This document shows, piece after piece, positions 1 through 10,693 of a stretch of 32,000 bases of DNA. The stretch covers positions 600,001 through 632,000 of the forward strand of contig NC_020304.1 of assembly GCF_000341395.1 (NCBI RefSeq). Reading direction: 5' to 3'. The DNA is from Desulfocapsa sulfexigens DSM 10523. Its GTDB lineage: Bacteria > Desulfobacterota > Desulfobulbia > Desulfobulbales > Desulfocapsaceae. A program made the position numbers and the translations under genes. The notes beneath the pieces were generated by a model that worked only from the letters and a program-made list of their open reading frames with translations, made no database searches and was not told the DNA's origin. Position 1 is the first letter of the stretch. Each line of letters begins with the position of its first letter.

Positions 1-171
1 AAAGAAGATCGTCGCATTGAGCTTAGGGGATTTGGCAGCTTTGCCGTGAGAAAACGTAAAGCACGTAGTACCAAAAACCCTAAAACCGGAACAATTATGA
101 ATATTCCGGAACGCAAAACCATTCATTTTACCATGAGCAAATCCTTAAAAGAAGCGCTCATCAAAGAGTAA
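1..171 (+). CDS. 3' end of an IHF/HU-family DNA-bending protein (partial; start lies outside the window)
   Basis: Frame 1 reads ...RIELRGFGSFAVRKRKARSTKNPKTGTIMNIPERKTIHFTMSKSLKEALIKE with TAA at 169-171. GFGSF...R.P.TG is the beta-arm signature of IHF/HU proteins. Confidence 0.7.
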   Translation, partial: KEDRRIELRGFGSFAVRKRKARSTKNPKTGTIMNIPERKTIHFTMSKSLKEALIKE

Positions 172-219
172 GGGATCTGGGGGATCAGAAGTATCCGGGA
201 CAACAATCCACTGGGAGTA

Positions 220-831
220 TTACAGAAAAGGGGTGACATCCCCCTTACCCTCCCTGAGAACCACTGGATCGTCTCCCGTAAGGTCTATAAGAGAAGAAGG
301 ATCAGAAAAGACTTCACCACCATCAATAACCAGGTCCAGCAGTTTTCCATACAAACATTCGATATCATATGGATCCGAGGCAACAGTATCATCCTCATCA
401 GCGGGAAGCGAAGTGTTGATAATCGGATTCCCCAGGGTTTCAAGAAGCATCTGACAAATTGGATTCTCCGGCACTCTGATACCAACGGTTTTCTGCTTTG
501 TGGACATGGCCTTTGGAACCAGTTTTGTTCCTGGAAGGACAAATGTATATGGACCCGGAAGATTTCGTTTCAGAAGCCGATAGGCGATGTTGGAAACATG
601 GGCATAGTTGCTGATATTTGTAAGATCTGAACACATAAAGGAAAAAGGCTTCCCCTTTGGTCTGCGTTTTATCTGCTCAATTCTTTTTACTGCCTTCTGA
701 CAGGAGAAATCGCAGCCAATTCCATAACCCGTATCCGTGGGATAACAGATAATATCTCCACGCTTCAGGCCATCGACGACCTGTTGTATTAATCTTTGCT
801 GGGGGTTATGTGGGTTTATTGCAAGCAGCAT
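220..831 (-). CDS. tsaC: L-threonylcarbamoyladenylate synthase (YrdC/TsaC family, 203 aa)
   Basis: ORF-track protein has the YrdC-domain N-terminus (ICYPTDTGYGIGCD) and the size of the short TsaC type. Confidence 0.8.
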   Translation of the reverse strand: MLLAINPHNPQQRLIQQVVDGLKRGDIICYPTDTGYGIGCDFSCQKAVKRIEQIKRRPKGKPFSFMCSDLTNISNYAHVSNIAYRLLKRNLPGPYTFVLPGTKLVPKAMSTKQKTVGIRVPENPICQMLLETLGNPIINTSLPADEDDTVASDPYDIECLYGKLLDLVIDGGEVFSDPSSLIDLTGDDPVVLREGKGDVTPFL

Positions 832-1137
832 GAATATTTTCCTCTATTCTGGTTTGACTTACCTCTAGTAGAGCACATATAGCTATGGAAGGCAAAACCT
901 AATAGTATTTGATCTTTTCCGGTTCAATGCTAAAATAGTCCCAGCATCTGTGATAACGGTAAACTGGTGCTCCGGGCAGTCACCCTATTAAAGGATGGGA
1001 ATTTTATACAAAAAGAAAACTATCTCAAGATATGAATCCCGTACCTGCTCCACAAACCGTATCGGATAGAATACGATTTATTTTTATCCTCTATTTCGTC
1101 CTATTTTTTTAATTTGAATTTTGACTTAGGAGCTCTC

Positions 1138-2601
1138 ATGTTATCTGATAATATAGAAACCGCACTCACCTTTGACGACCTGCTTCTCTGTCCTCAAGCC
1201 TCACAGGTTCTTCCCAACGAAGTCTCTCTTGCCACCAGCCTTACTCAGTCCATCAAGCTGAACGCTCCACTGATCAGTGCTGCAATGGACTCGGTCACCG
1301 AGCACCGTACGGCCATTGCCATGGCCCGTGAAGGCGGTCTGGGTATCATTCATAAAAACATGACAATTGATGAACAGGCCATAGAAGTCGAACGGGTCAA
1401 GAAATCAGAATCTGGAATGATAGTTGATCCGATCACCGTAAAGGAAACCCATTCCGTGGGTGAAGTGGAACAAATCATGGCCAAGTACAAGATCTCCGGC
1501 CTTCCAGTGCTCCGGGACGGGAAGCTGGTGGGAATCGTCACCAACCGTGATCTGCGCTTCGTTTCAGACAATGGACTACGCGTGGGCGATGTAATGACTT
1601 CCAAAAATCTGGTTACTGCAAAAGTTGGCATTGATCTTGAGCATTCAAAAGCCCTGCTCCATGAACACCGTATCGAGAAACTTCTCGTTGTCGATGATAA
1701 CGGTAAGCTCAGCGGTTTGATCACCATTAAAGATTTGGAAAAAATAAAAAAATATCCACTCGCCGCCAAGGATGGTATGGGCAGGCTTCTTGTTGGAGCA
1801 GCACTTGGGGTTGGCAGTGACATCGAGGCCAATGCTCAGAGACTGATCGATGTTGGTGTTGATGTGGTGGTCGTAGACTCAGCACATGGTCATTCCCAGG
1901 GTGTACTGGATGCGGTGGCGAAGATTCGGGGTACCTTTCCCAATCTGCAGATCATTGCCGGAAACGTTGCCACCGCGGAGGGTACGGTAGCACTAATCAA
2001 AGCCGGGGCCAATTGTGTAAAAGTTGGCGTAGGCCCGGGTTCCATCTGTACTACACGCATTGTGGCAGGTGTTGGTGTTCCGCAGATGACAGCCATTCAA
2101 AAGGCCGTTGCCGCCGCCGCCAAATATGATATCCCTATAATTTCAGACGGTGGCATTAAACATTCAGGAGAACTGGCAAAGGCCATCGGTGCAGGGGCAC
2201 ATACCATTATGATCGGCTCTTTGTTCGCAGGAACCGATGAGACCCCTGGCGAAACCTTCCTCTACCAGGGACGAACCTATAAAGGATATCGTGGTATGGG
2301 ATCACTTGGGGCCATGCGTAAAGGTTCTTCGGATCGTTATTTTCAGTCTGAAGTTTCCAGCCAGTCTAAACTTGTCCCCGAGGGCATTGAAGGAAAAGTT
2401 CCCTATCGTGGGCCGCTTGCCAATGTTATATACCAGCTCCTTGGTGGATTGCGGTCCGGCATGGGCTATGTCGGAGCCGCAACGATTGAAGAACTGCGGC
2501 AAAAGGCAAAATTTGTTCAGATTTCCGCCTCCGGACTGCGGGAATCCCATGTCCATGATGTTATTATCACCAAAGAAGCTCCCAACTACCGTACAGCATA
2601 A
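1138..2601 (+). CDS. guaB: IMP dehydrogenase
   Basis: [10 protein letters not shown]-terminus, tandem CBS insert, catalytic loop [22 protein letters not shown] and MIGSLFAG motifs. I prefer the ATG at 1138, preceded by AGGAG at about 1129, over the upstream TTG at 1114. Confidence 0.95.
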   Translation: MLSDNIETALTFDDLLLCPQASQVLPNEVSLATSLTQSIKLNAPLISAAMDSVTEHRTAIAMAREGGLGIIHKNMTIDEQAIEVERVKKSESGMIVDPITVKETHSVGEVEQIMAKYKISGLPVLRDGKLVGIVTNRDLRFVSDNGLRVGDVMTSKNLVTAKVGIDLEHSKALLHEHRIEKLLVVDDNGKLSGLITIKDLEKIKKYPLAAKDGMGRLLVGAALGVGSDIEANAQRLIDVGVDVVVVDSAHGHSQGVLDAVAKIRGTFPNLQIIAGNVATAEGTVALIKAGANCVKVGVGPGSICTTRIVAGVGVPQMTAIQKAVAAAAKYDIPIISDGGIKHSGELAKAIGAGAHTIMIGSLFAGTDETPGETFLYQGRTYKGYRGMGSLGAMRKGSSDRYFQSEVSSQSKLVPEGIEGKVPYRGPLANVIYQLLGGLRSGMGYVGAATIEELRQKAKFVQISASGLRESHVHDVIITKEAPNYRTA

Positions 2602-2616
2602 AGAAGACGAACTCCT

Positions 2617-4167
2617 ATGAACATACATGATGAAAAAATCCTGATCCTTGATTTCGGTTCCCAGACCACCCAGCTCATCGCCAGACGAATTCGTGAGCAG
2701 AAAGTCTACTGCGAAATCCATCCCTTTTCCACGCCTCTTGAAACCATTAAGGAGATGAATCCCACGGGTATCATTCTCTCAGGTGGTCCACGCTCCGTCT
2801 ACGATGCTGATGCCCCTCTCTCTGATCCTGGTCTTTTTGAACTTGACCTTCCCATCCTGGGAATCTGTTACGGGGCCCAGCTGATGATGCAGCAACTAGG
2901 CGGTAAAGTTGAAAATGCTGACAAACGCGAATTTGGCAAAGCCAACCTGACGGTCCAGTTCACCGAAGGACTGTTTGCAGGACTTGAGACAGGAGTTCCA
3001 CAACATCAGGTCTGGATGAGTCATGGTGATCGTATTGAAGTGGTAGCAGAAGGCTTCGAAACCACGGCCGTCAGCGATCATTCTCCCTGTGCAGCCCTCA
3101 GACACCGTTCAAAACCCTTTGTTGCAGTGCAATTTCACCCCGAAGTAGTTCATACCCTTATCGGAACGGATGTTTTGCGCAACTTTATTTTCGGGATCTG
3201 TAACTGCAGTCCCAACTGGACCATGGCCTCATTTATTGAGTCCACTGTAAAAGGAGTCCAGGAAAAAGTTGGCGACAACAAGGTTATCTGTGCCCTCTCC
3301 GGTGGTGTTGATTCTTCAGTAACAGCCGCCCTGGTTCATAAAGCCATTGGTGACCAGCTCACCTGTATCTATGTTGACAATGGTCTCATGCGTACTGGGG
3401 AGAGCGAATCCATTCTTCGCTTCTTCAGGGAAAAAAGCCAGCTCAACGTCATTGCGGTGGACGCCGTAGACTTCTTTCTCAATGAGCTTGCAGATGTGCT
3501 TGACCCTGAAATCAAGCGCAAACGAATAGGTCTTGGCTTCATTAAGATATTTGAAGAAGAGGCTGCAAAACTCGGTGAGGTGGATTTTCTGGCCCAGGGT
3601 ACCCTTTACCCGGATGTCATCGAGTCCGTTTCATTTATGGGTGAGGCTCCCATAAAATCCCATCACAATGTTGGTGGATTACCAGAAATCATGAAGCTTG
3701 ATCTTATCGAACCACTTCGTGAACTGTTCAAGGATGAGGTTAGAGAACTAGGCCTTGAACTTGGACTTCCTGAAGAAGCCATCTACCGCCAGCCCTTTCC
3801 CGGCCCAGGATTAGGAATCAGGATCATGGGTGAAGTCAACAGAGAACGCCTGAACATTGTTCGTCAGGCCGATGTCATAGTGCTTGAGGAAATGAAAAAG
3901 AGCGGCTGGTACCGCAAGGTATGGCAATCCTTCGCTGTTCTCCTTCCGATTCAGACCGTCGGCGTCATGGGTGACGGCCGTACCTATGAAAATGTCATCG
4001 CTCTGCGTTCCGTTGATTCCAGGGATGCCATGACTGCAGACTGGTCCAAAATCCCCTATGATCTGCTTGGAGTTATCTCGACCCGGATCATTAATGAAGT
4101 ACGTGGTGTAAATCGTGTTGTTTTTGACATTTCGTCCAAACCTCCCTCCACCATTGAATGGGAGTAA
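2617..4167 (+). CDS. guaA: GMP synthase (glutamine-hydrolysing)
   Basis: N-terminal GATase ([16 protein letters not shown]), ATP-PPase P-loop SGGVDSS, C-terminal dimerisation domain ending STIEWE. Immediately follows guaB. Confidence 0.95.
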   Translation: MNIHDEKILILDFGSQTTQLIARRIREQKVYCEIHPFSTPLETIKEMNPTGIILSGGPRSVYDADAPLSDPGLFELDLPILGICYGAQLMMQQLGGKVENADKREFGKANLTVQFTEGLFAGLETGVPQHQVWMSHGDRIEVVAEGFETTAVSDHSPCAALRHRSKPFVAVQFHPEVVHTLIGTDVLRNFIFGICNCSPNWTMASFIESTVKGVQEKVGDNKVICALSGGVDSSVTAALVHKAIGDQLTCIYVDNGLMRTGESESILRFFREKSQLNVIAVDAVDFFLNELADVLDPEIKRKRIGLGFIKIFEEEAAKLGEVDFLAQGTLYPDVIESVSFMGEAPIKSHHNVGGLPEIMKLDLIEPLRELFKDEVRELGLELGLPEEAIYRQPFPGPGLGIRIMGEVNRERLNIVRQADVIVLEEMKKSGWYRKVWQSFAVLLPIQTVGVMGDGRTYENVIALRSVDSRDAMTADWSKIPYDLLGVISTRIINEVRGVNRVVFDISSKPPSTIEWE

Positions 4168-4213
4168 TAGAGTTGGCTGAAGACTGAATCCCCTTCTGCC
4201 TTCTATCTGAGAA

Positions 4214-6313
4214 ATGCATTCAAACACCCTCTACATAGCATCCCTTGAACCCGAGGCAGGAAAACTTGTCGTTACCATGGGGATCATGGAATTTCTCAGC
4301 CGCTCCGTAGGAAATGTCGCTTTTTTTCGGCCGGTTATTGATACCGAGAGAGATATCGACCCCGACATAAACCTGATCCGTGGCCGTTACTGCCCCAATA
4401 TGAGCTATGAAGAAAGCTACGGTTTTCAGGCTTCAGAAGTAAAAAGCTTTGTGGCAGAGGGGCGGATAAAGTTTTTTCTGGAGGAACTGCTCAACAAGCT
4501 TACCCGCCTCAAAGAACAGTACGACTTTGTCCTCTGCCAGGGCCTGAATGCTACATCCTTCCTCTCCGCTTTTGATCTCGACATCAACATGGAGATAGCC
4601 AAAAATCTCGGATGCCCTTTTATTGGTGTTATCAATGGCATGAACCAAACTTCCCGCGACATCGCCAAAGAAATACAGATTACAGAAGCTGCCATCACTG
4701 AATCCGGTTGCACCCATTTTGCAACCTTTGTGAATCGTATGGCCAAAGATACTCTGGGAGTACTTGAAGTAGAACTCGATGACCCCGACGAAGCATCGGG
4801 TGCTCCGGTCTTTCTTCTGCCTGAAAATGAAGAACTGGACAAACCCTCACTCGCTGGTATTTGCGACGCTCTTGGCTGTGCCAACATCCTCGATCGTAGT
4901 GATGGTATGGATCGTATCGTCAAGCAGTTCAAAATCGCTGCCATGACCATGGAGCACTTCCTTTCCCATGTGGAAGACGGTGATCTGATCATTGTCCCCG
5001 GTGACCGTGATGATATTGTTCTTGCCTCAATCTCCACCCTCTTTTCAGCGAATTATCCTAATGTAGCTGGCATTCTCCTTACCGGTGGATTTCTTCCAGG
5101 AGCAAACACCATGCGTCTGATCACTGGCCGGGAGAGAATTGTTCCATTGCTCAGTGTCACCACCGACACCTACAGCACGACCAGGAATGTTGCGGCGGTA
5201 CCTGCCCTCATTAATCCAGGCGATGAACGTAAAATCGCCCTCGCCCTTGGCCTCTTTGAGACCCATGTTAACAGCGAGCGACTGCGAAAGATGACAGAAC
5301 TCAGCACCACCCCGGAGACAGTCACCCCTATCATGTTTGAATATGGGCTTTTCGAACGGGCACGTTCTGCCAAGAAGCATATTGTCCTTCCGGAAGCCAG
5401 TGATGAACGGATCTTACGGGCAACAGAAATATTACTCCGCCGCAATGTGGTGGATATCACCCTGCTGGGAAAACCTGAAGAAATAACAGCTCATGCTGCG
5501 TCACTGGGACTCGACATCAAAAAGGCCAGGCTCATCGACCCTTCAACTTCGGAGCTGACCGAAGAATTTATCCAAACCTTTTACAAGCTGCGGAAACACA
5601 AAAATATGACCCCGGATGGCGCCCGTGATGCCATGAGCAACCTCTCCTACTTTGGAACCATGATGGTCTACGAGGGAATGGCAGATGGAATGGTCTCAGG
5701 TGCCATACACACCACCGCTGACACCATTCGTCCTGCCCTGCAGATTATCAAGACCATCCCTGGAATATCCGTGGTTTCCTCAGTCTTTCTCATGTGCCTT
5801 GACACCAGAGTACTTGTCTATGGTGACTGTGCCGTAAATCCCGATCCCAATGCCGCACAACTTGCAGAGATAGCAATATCTTCCGCTGACACTGCGACAA
5901 CCTTTGGTATTGAGCCACGGCTTGCCATGCTCTCCTATTCAACTGGAGCCTCCGGCAAAGGTGTCGATGTTGAAAAAGTACGCACTGCCACAACAATGGC
6001 CAGGGAAAAAAGACCAGATCTTCTCATTGAAGGCCCTATTCAGTATGATGCCGCCATTGATCTGGCTGTAGCTAAGACGAAAATGCCAGACAGCCTGGTT
6101 GCAGGCCGTGCAACGGTTTTCATTTTCCCAGACCTCAACACCGGCAACAACACCTACAAGGCCGTACAACGATCTTCGGGTGCCGTAGCAATCGGGCCTG
6201 TCCTCCAGGGGTTAAAGAAACCGGTCAATGACCTCAGTCGAGGCTGTCTCGTCGCCGACATCGTGAACACCGTGGCCATTACTGCCATTCAGGCGCAATC
6301 CATCCAGACCTGA
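4214..6313 (+). CDS. pta: Phosphate acetyltransferase, long (about 700 aa) form with N-terminal regulatory region
   Basis: 699 aa. C-terminal PTA_PTB domain (IVLPEASDERIL, GMVSGA, DCAVNPDP, FPDLNTGN) is preceded by a DRTGG-like region (LIIVPGDRDDI). Confidence 0.9.
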   Translation: MHSNTLYIASLEPEAGKLVVTMGIMEFLSRSVGNVAFFRPVIDTERDIDPDINLIRGRYCPNMSYEESYGFQASEVKSFVAEGRIKFFLEELLNKLTRLKEQYDFVLCQGLNATSFLSAFDLDINMEIAKNLGCPFIGVINGMNQTSRDIAKEIQITEAAITESGCTHFATFVNRMAKDTLGVLEVELDDPDEASGAPVFLLPENEELDKPSLAGICDALGCANILDRSDGMDRIVKQFKIAAMTMEHFLSHVEDGDLIIVPGDRDDIVLASISTLFSANYPNVAGILLTGGFLPGANTMRLITGRERIVPLLSVTTDTYSTTRNVAAVPALINPGDERKIALALGLFETHVNSERLRKMTELSTTPETVTPIMFEYGLFERARSAKKHIVLPEASDERILRATEILLRRNVVDITLLGKPEEITAHAASLGLDIKKARLIDPSTSELTEEFIQTFYKLRKHKNMTPDGARDAMSNLSYFGTMMVYEGMADGMVSGAIHTTADTIRPALQIIKTIPGISVVSSVFLMCLDTRVLVYGDCAVNPDPNAAQLAEIAISSADTATTFGIEPRLAMLSYSTGASGKGVDVEKVRTATTMAREKRPDLLIEGPIQYDAAIDLAVAKTKMPDSLVAGRATVFIFPDLNTGNNTYKAVQRSSGAVAIGPVLQGLKKPVNDLSRGCLVADIVNTVAITAIQAQSIQT

Positions 6314-6388
6314 ATTTTTCATCAAGGAAAAATAAATATCCTCGCTTATGAAGACTGAAGAGTATCTTTTCATCTCCAGGGAAGCATC

Positions 6389-6817
6389 ATGACACTAATT
6401 AAATGGAGAGACTCCTATTCTGTCGGAGTCGAGAAATTTGATAAGCAGCACAAAGTGCTTATTGAACTACTCAACGATATCTTCATCATCGTACGGGAAA
6501 ATCAAAGCGTGGACCACCTTGGCCTTGTTCTGTATAAACTTGTTCAATACACCCAGGAACATTTCAGAGACGAAGAAGAAGCGATGGCGGCGGCGAACTT
6601 CCCCAAACTGGATGAACATAAGGCAAAACACGGCAAACTACTGAACGAAGTAACAACTTACCAAAAACGCCTGGAAGCTAATGACGAAAAGCTGATACCG
6701 GAATTTTATCAGTTTGTCAGGGAATGGCTGCTCGAACATATACTTGAGGATGACATGAAATATAAACTGTTCCTTGGAACAGGCAGCACCACTCCTTCAG
6801 GAAACACCTCGGGATAA
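6389..6817 (+). CDS. Hemerythrin-like metal-binding protein (bacteriohemerythrin)
   Basis: IKWRDSYSVGV..FDKQHK..., HFRDEE, H(K)AKH and EHILEDD iron-ligand pattern; 142 aa. Confidence 0.85.
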   Translation: MTLIKWRDSYSVGVEKFDKQHKVLIELLNDIFIIVRENQSVDHLGLVLYKLVQYTQEHFRDEEEAMAAANFPKLDEHKAKHGKLLNEVTTYQKRLEANDEKLIPEFYQFVREWLLEHILEDDMKYKLFLGTGSTTPSGNTSG

Positions 6818-6908
6818 TTCCTCTCCTCCCCTTTTTGTTCAGAGCCCATACTTCCGAGTCGATATCCCCCACCTGCTTTCTCGCTCGATCTCACATCTGC
6901 GGTCATTC

Positions 6909-7643
6909 TCAACTCGTAAGTAATCCGGGCCCAGCTTGAAAATCATTGATACAGTACTTGATAATACTTTCACAATGGATTGCACTGGTATTGAGAAAGG
7001 GGATTCTCCCCATATCTTCAGTGAGAAGCAGCGGCAACTCAGTACAGCCAAGAATTACAGAATCTATTTGTTGCTGCTCCTTCATTCTTTTGATGATGGC
7101 CAGGAGCTCATCACGGGTTGAGTCTTTGATGATTCCCAGTTCAATTTCAGAAAACAGTCTGTGATGGATAAGCTGCTGTTCTTCAACTGTTGGCACAACC
7201 ACCTTAATTCCTTCCAAAATAAAAGGCTTTTTGTAAAAATCTGCCTCCATGGTGAGACTGGTACCCAGCAGGCCAATTTTCTTGAGCCCCATCGTTTGCG
7301 CTCTACTGCATGTTGCTTCAACAATACTCAACAGTGGAAGCGGTGCTTTGGCGCTGACCTCCTCAAAAACGATATGCGGAGTATTGGAAGCCATGGCCAC
7401 AAAGTCCGCCCCTCCATTGTGGAGAAAACGTATCTTTTCAAGCAACCATTTAATCAGGGCGGGCCAATCCTTATTGGTGACCATCTGCATAAATGCATTG
7501 AGATTGGCACTGTAGACAATGATTTCCGGGTATGCCAGCTTGCGGTGTTGGTGGTTGAAAGCACCGATTATTGTTCTGTAGTAATCAAGCGTTGATTCCG
7601 GACCAAGTCCACCTAAAATTCCTATTTTTCTCATTGTCTTCAA
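6909..7643 (-). CDS. Aspartate/glutamate racemase family protein
   Basis: IGILGGLGPESTLDYY N-terminus and the second half-site ILGCTELPLL are typical of Asp/Glu racemases. Start is either TTG 7643 (SD GGGAGGG 8 nt upstream) or ATG 7634. Confidence 0.8.
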   Translation of the reverse strand: MKTMRKIGILGGLGPESTLDYYRTIIGAFNHQHRKLAYPEIIVYSANLNAFMQMVTNKDWPALIKWLLEKIRFLHNGGADFVAMASNTPHIVFEEVSAKAPLPLLSIVEATCSRAQTMGLKKIGLLGTSLTMEADFYKKPFILEGIKVVVPTVEEQQLIHHRLFSEIELGIIKDSTRDELLAIIKRMKEQQQIDSVILGCTELPLLLTEDMGRIPFLNTSAIHCESIIKYCINDFQAGPGLLTS

Positions 7644-7734
7644 CTGTTAATCCCTCCCAAAAAATGTAAAAGTAGAGTATTTGTAAAAACAATCCCCATC
7701 TCGAAAACCACACGTGTACTGTTTTCGTTCATGA

Positions 7735-8142
7735 TTACAAGCGCAGGGCCGGCCTTCTCCCCTCTGCCACCGTTGTTCCGTCAGGAAACTTTTTTATGCC
7801 GATGTTCATATAGCCCGCGTGCAGAAGCCAATCGCGTTCGTTTCCACTGCCTGCCACCGCTATATAGAGTGAGGCTCCCGGTTTTAAAAGCATTCGACAA
7901 AAACAGAGATCTTCCATAATAGTATCTGCACTACTCTCTTTCTTGCTGTGAGGAGTGTAGAAGATGAAATCAAAATGTGGTTTGCTTCTGAAATTACGTA
8001 ACCCCCGAGGCAGTTGGGTAATCGCAGAAGAATCACAAATTTCCTGTGCCAGGTTTTTGGTAACCTCATACTTTCCATGGACGCTGAGGATAGTAGCTGC
8101 TTGCTTCGCCCTTTGATTGTTTCTGAACCGTAGCTTTTTCAT
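7735..8142 (-). CDS. Hypothetical protein, 135 aa, weak resemblance to the C-terminal half of class I methyltransferases
   Basis: Open frame only. FDFIF...LLKPGASLYI resembles methyltransferase post-I/II motifs, but no glycine-rich SAM motif is seen. Could be a remnant. Confidence 0.35.
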   Translation of the reverse strand: MKKLRFRNNQRAKQAATILSVHGKYEVTKNLAQEICDSSAITQLPRGLRNFRSKPHFDFIFYTPHSKKESSADTIMEDLCFCRMLLKPGASLYIAVAGSGNERDWLLHAGYMNIGIKKFPDGTTVAEGRRPALRL

Positions 8143-8526
8143 TGTGTACCTGTTTTGTGCTGTGTTGTTGCAGAAGTACAGAGTTTTCGCTCAGTGAAGT
8201 CTTGAGAGGAAAATAGTGAGCGCAAGAGCCGTCAGGTAGCAGAAAAGGATTTTTGCAGTGGCATGGAAACACCTCTTTTTTTGCTGAGAAAAAGGCATGT
8301 GGATATCCATCTGTTTCGCCTCCCAACTACTGCTGTCTTCTGTCTGTAACAACTGGAACAACAAGAGCAACGCTTGCCCCTTAGTGTATTTTTTCACTGA
8401 TTCCACCTCCCCATTGTTGCCTCAACTCCGTTGACGCCTTAATCATTTTTCTTTGCATCATTATAACTGGAGTGGTAAACAAGAACAGATACAGAATTCA
8501 AAAAATATTACCATAACAGATTCAAT

Positions 8527-10596
8527 ATGGGCGGTAACGGTATGGAATATCACTATGTAAAATTAGCAAACACTCTCGAACAACAGATTCTGGCCGGAGA
8601 ATATCTCGCTGGAGAGAAGCTTCCTTCACTACGAAAACTGCAGGCTGCGACAGGGCGCTCGATTTCCACGATTTATCAAGCCTACGAAGAATTGGAACAC
8701 CGGGGGCTGGTTGAAGTACGGGAGAAATCCGGTTTTTTTGCCAGACCTCTGCTAAATGATATCCTGCCCCTTCCCAAGCAAAGCACCTCACCGGTAAAAT
8801 CACATAAGGTTGCGATAAATGTACTGGCCTCCATGATGCAACGTTCCCTTACAAATCCTGCACTTATTCCATTTGGAGAGGCTGTGTTAGGCAAGACTCT
8901 TTTACCGGGGAAACAGATGGCCGCAGCGGTACGTTTGGCTGCCGGCGGATACCACGACGGAAGTTGTAGTGGCTATGGTGCCCCAACAGGCTACAAAAAG
9001 CTGCAGCGGGAAATTGCCAAACGGTACCTGGATTTTCCACACAGAGACTATGGCAGTGAGATCATTATTACCCAGGGCTGTATGAATGGGATCGAACTCT
9101 GTTTGCGTAGCGTGGCACGTCCCGGAGATACTATTCTTCTGGAGTCACCCACGTTTCTCTGTTATCTCCAGTTGATTGAAGATTTGAACATGCGGGCCCT
9201 GGAGCTACCGGCAGACCCGGCAACTGGCCTGAGTCTGGAAAAACTACGGGCAACCCTGGATGAACATGATATCCGGGCGGCTCTCCTTAACCCCAATTTT
9301 CAAAATCCCCTCGGTTTTGAGATGGAGGCTGCCAACAAAGAAGCACTGGTGGCCTTATTTGCGAGCCGTGGTATTCCGATTATCGAAGATGGGATTTATG
9401 AAAATCTCTACTTTGGAGAACAGAAGCCGCTGCCTTTAAAGCACTTTGATACCCAGGGAATGGTCCTCTATTGTAACTCTTTCTCCAAAGACCTGATGCC
9501 CGATCTCCGTATGGGCTGGCTGCTGGCAGGAAAATACCGGGAAAAGGTAAAACGACTGAAATTTAACAATAGTCTGGCAAACTCCCAGTTACTACAAAAC
9601 GCGCTGGCAACCTTTCTCAAGGGTGGCAGCTATGACAGACATTTGCGTAAACTGAGAAACAACCTTCGCAAACAGGCTGCCGATATGAGCCAATCCATCG
9701 GCCGCAATTTCCCGCCTGAATGCAGAATTTCCTCACCCAAGGGGGGGCTGACCCTCTGGGTTGAGCTCCCCGAGAGCGTGGACAGTCTGAAGCTCTTTCG
9801 ACTCGCTGAAAAAGAGAATATCTCCCTGATGCCCGGCACTCTCTGCTCTGGTACCGGACAATACGATCATTGCATCCGTCTCTGTTATGGACATCCCTGG
9901 AATGAACGAATGGAACATGGGCTGAAGACCCTTGGCAACCTGGTAAAATCTTTAGTCAAGACGGAAAAGCACAACAGAAACGAGTCCAATGCGCAGGAGA
10001 TAGTCGTGGGTCTCAATTCCGATCCGGAGATCAACAGGATTGAGGATATTATACGTATTTTTGGCAGGAGGAACAGCAATCTATCCCTCAGGTTCCATCA
10101 GTCCATTTCCGGCAATATCCTCAAACTGGTTGCCAGTGGAGAGTTGCATGGTGGTTTTGTTTTTGGTCAATGTGACGATGAAAGATTTGCGTCGCATTAT
10201 TTAACCACCTACTATTTGCGCATAGTAGGCCCGACCCAGATGGCGGAAACGATAAGAAATGGGGATTATCGTGATCTGGCAAGACTGCCATGGATAGGGA
10301 ATCCTGTAGAATGCCCCTATTGTCAACTGATGGAGAATATCTTTCACGACCATGGCTTCCATCCTCAACGGATCATGACTGCCAGTGATGAACCCTCAAT
10401 CTTGAGCATGATCAAAGCGGGCGTAGGCCTTAATTTTATGCTGGAGAACCAGGCCAGAGCGCTTGCCGAAGAGGAGAGCCTTGTGGTGTGGGAACGGGAG
10501 CGTTTCGCCTTTCCCCTCTCTTTCGTCACCCTGGCCAGTGCGCGGGATGACAAACGGGTTATCGAAATCAACAAGGTCATTGAACAGATCTGGTAA
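8527..10596 (+). CDS. Three-domain transcriptional regulator: GntR-type wHTH + MocR-type PLP aminotransferase-fold domain + C-terminal LysR-type substrate-binding (PBP2) domain
   Basis: N-terminus KLPSLRKLQAATGRSISTIYQAYEELEHRGLVE (GntR HTH). Central fold-type-I domain with NPNFQNPLG and PLP-lysine motif YCNSFSKDLMPDLRMGW. The last 200 aa or so (IVVGLNSD...GELHGGFVFG...IKAGVGLNFMLE) read as a LysR effector domain without its own HTH. Confidence 0.8.
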   Translation: MGGNGMEYHYVKLANTLEQQILAGEYLAGEKLPSLRKLQAATGRSISTIYQAYEELEHRGLVEVREKSGFFARPLLNDILPLPKQSTSPVKSHKVAINVLASMMQRSLTNPALIPFGEAVLGKTLLPGKQMAAAVRLAAGGYHDGSCSGYGAPTGYKKLQREIAKRYLDFPHRDYGSEIIITQGCMNGIELCLRSVARPGDTILLESPTFLCYLQLIEDLNMRALELPADPATGLSLEKLRATLDEHDIRAALLNPNFQNPLGFEMEAANKEALVALFASRGIPIIEDGIYENLYFGEQKPLPLKHFDTQGMVLYCNSFSKDLMPDLRMGWLLAGKYREKVKRLKFNNSLANSQLLQNALATFLKGGSYDRHLRKLRNNLRKQAADMSQSIGRNFPPECRISSPKGGLTLWVELPESVDSLKLFRLAEKENISLMPGTLCSGTGQYDHCIRLCYGHPWNERMEHGLKTLGNLVKSLVKTEKHNRNESNAQEIVVGLNSDPEINRIEDIIRIFGRRNSNLSLRFHQSISGNILKLVASGELHGGFVFGQCDDERFASHYLTTYYLRIVGPTQMAETIRNGDYRDLARLPWIGNPVECPYCQLMENIFHDHGFHPQRIMTASDEPSILSMIKAGVGLNFMLENQARALAEEESLVVWERERFAFPLSFVTLASARDDKRVIEINKVIEQIW

Positions 10597-10693
10597 AACT
10601 TGTGTCAAATCCTGTAATTACGCAAAGTGATATGATCGCCAATGTCATCTTCCAGAACCAGGGCTCTGCAGGAAGATCCCCCTCCTCACTGAC

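Noticed and set aside
832-1137. Purine riboswitch or attenuator in the 300-bp region upstream of guaB
   Set aside because: Only a weak 5-bp A/U-rich hairpin (CGTAT...ATACG, about 1058-1076) followed by a T-rich tract is present. None of the conserved purine-riboswitch loop sequences I know are there. The region also has to hold the divergent tsaC promoter.
8066-8406. Minus-strand ORFs 8066-8326 and 8191-8406 upstream of the 135-aa gene
   Set aside because: They overlap each other in different frames and have no motifs or start context. I treat this as the non-coding divergent control region between the 135-aa gene and the MocR-like regulator.
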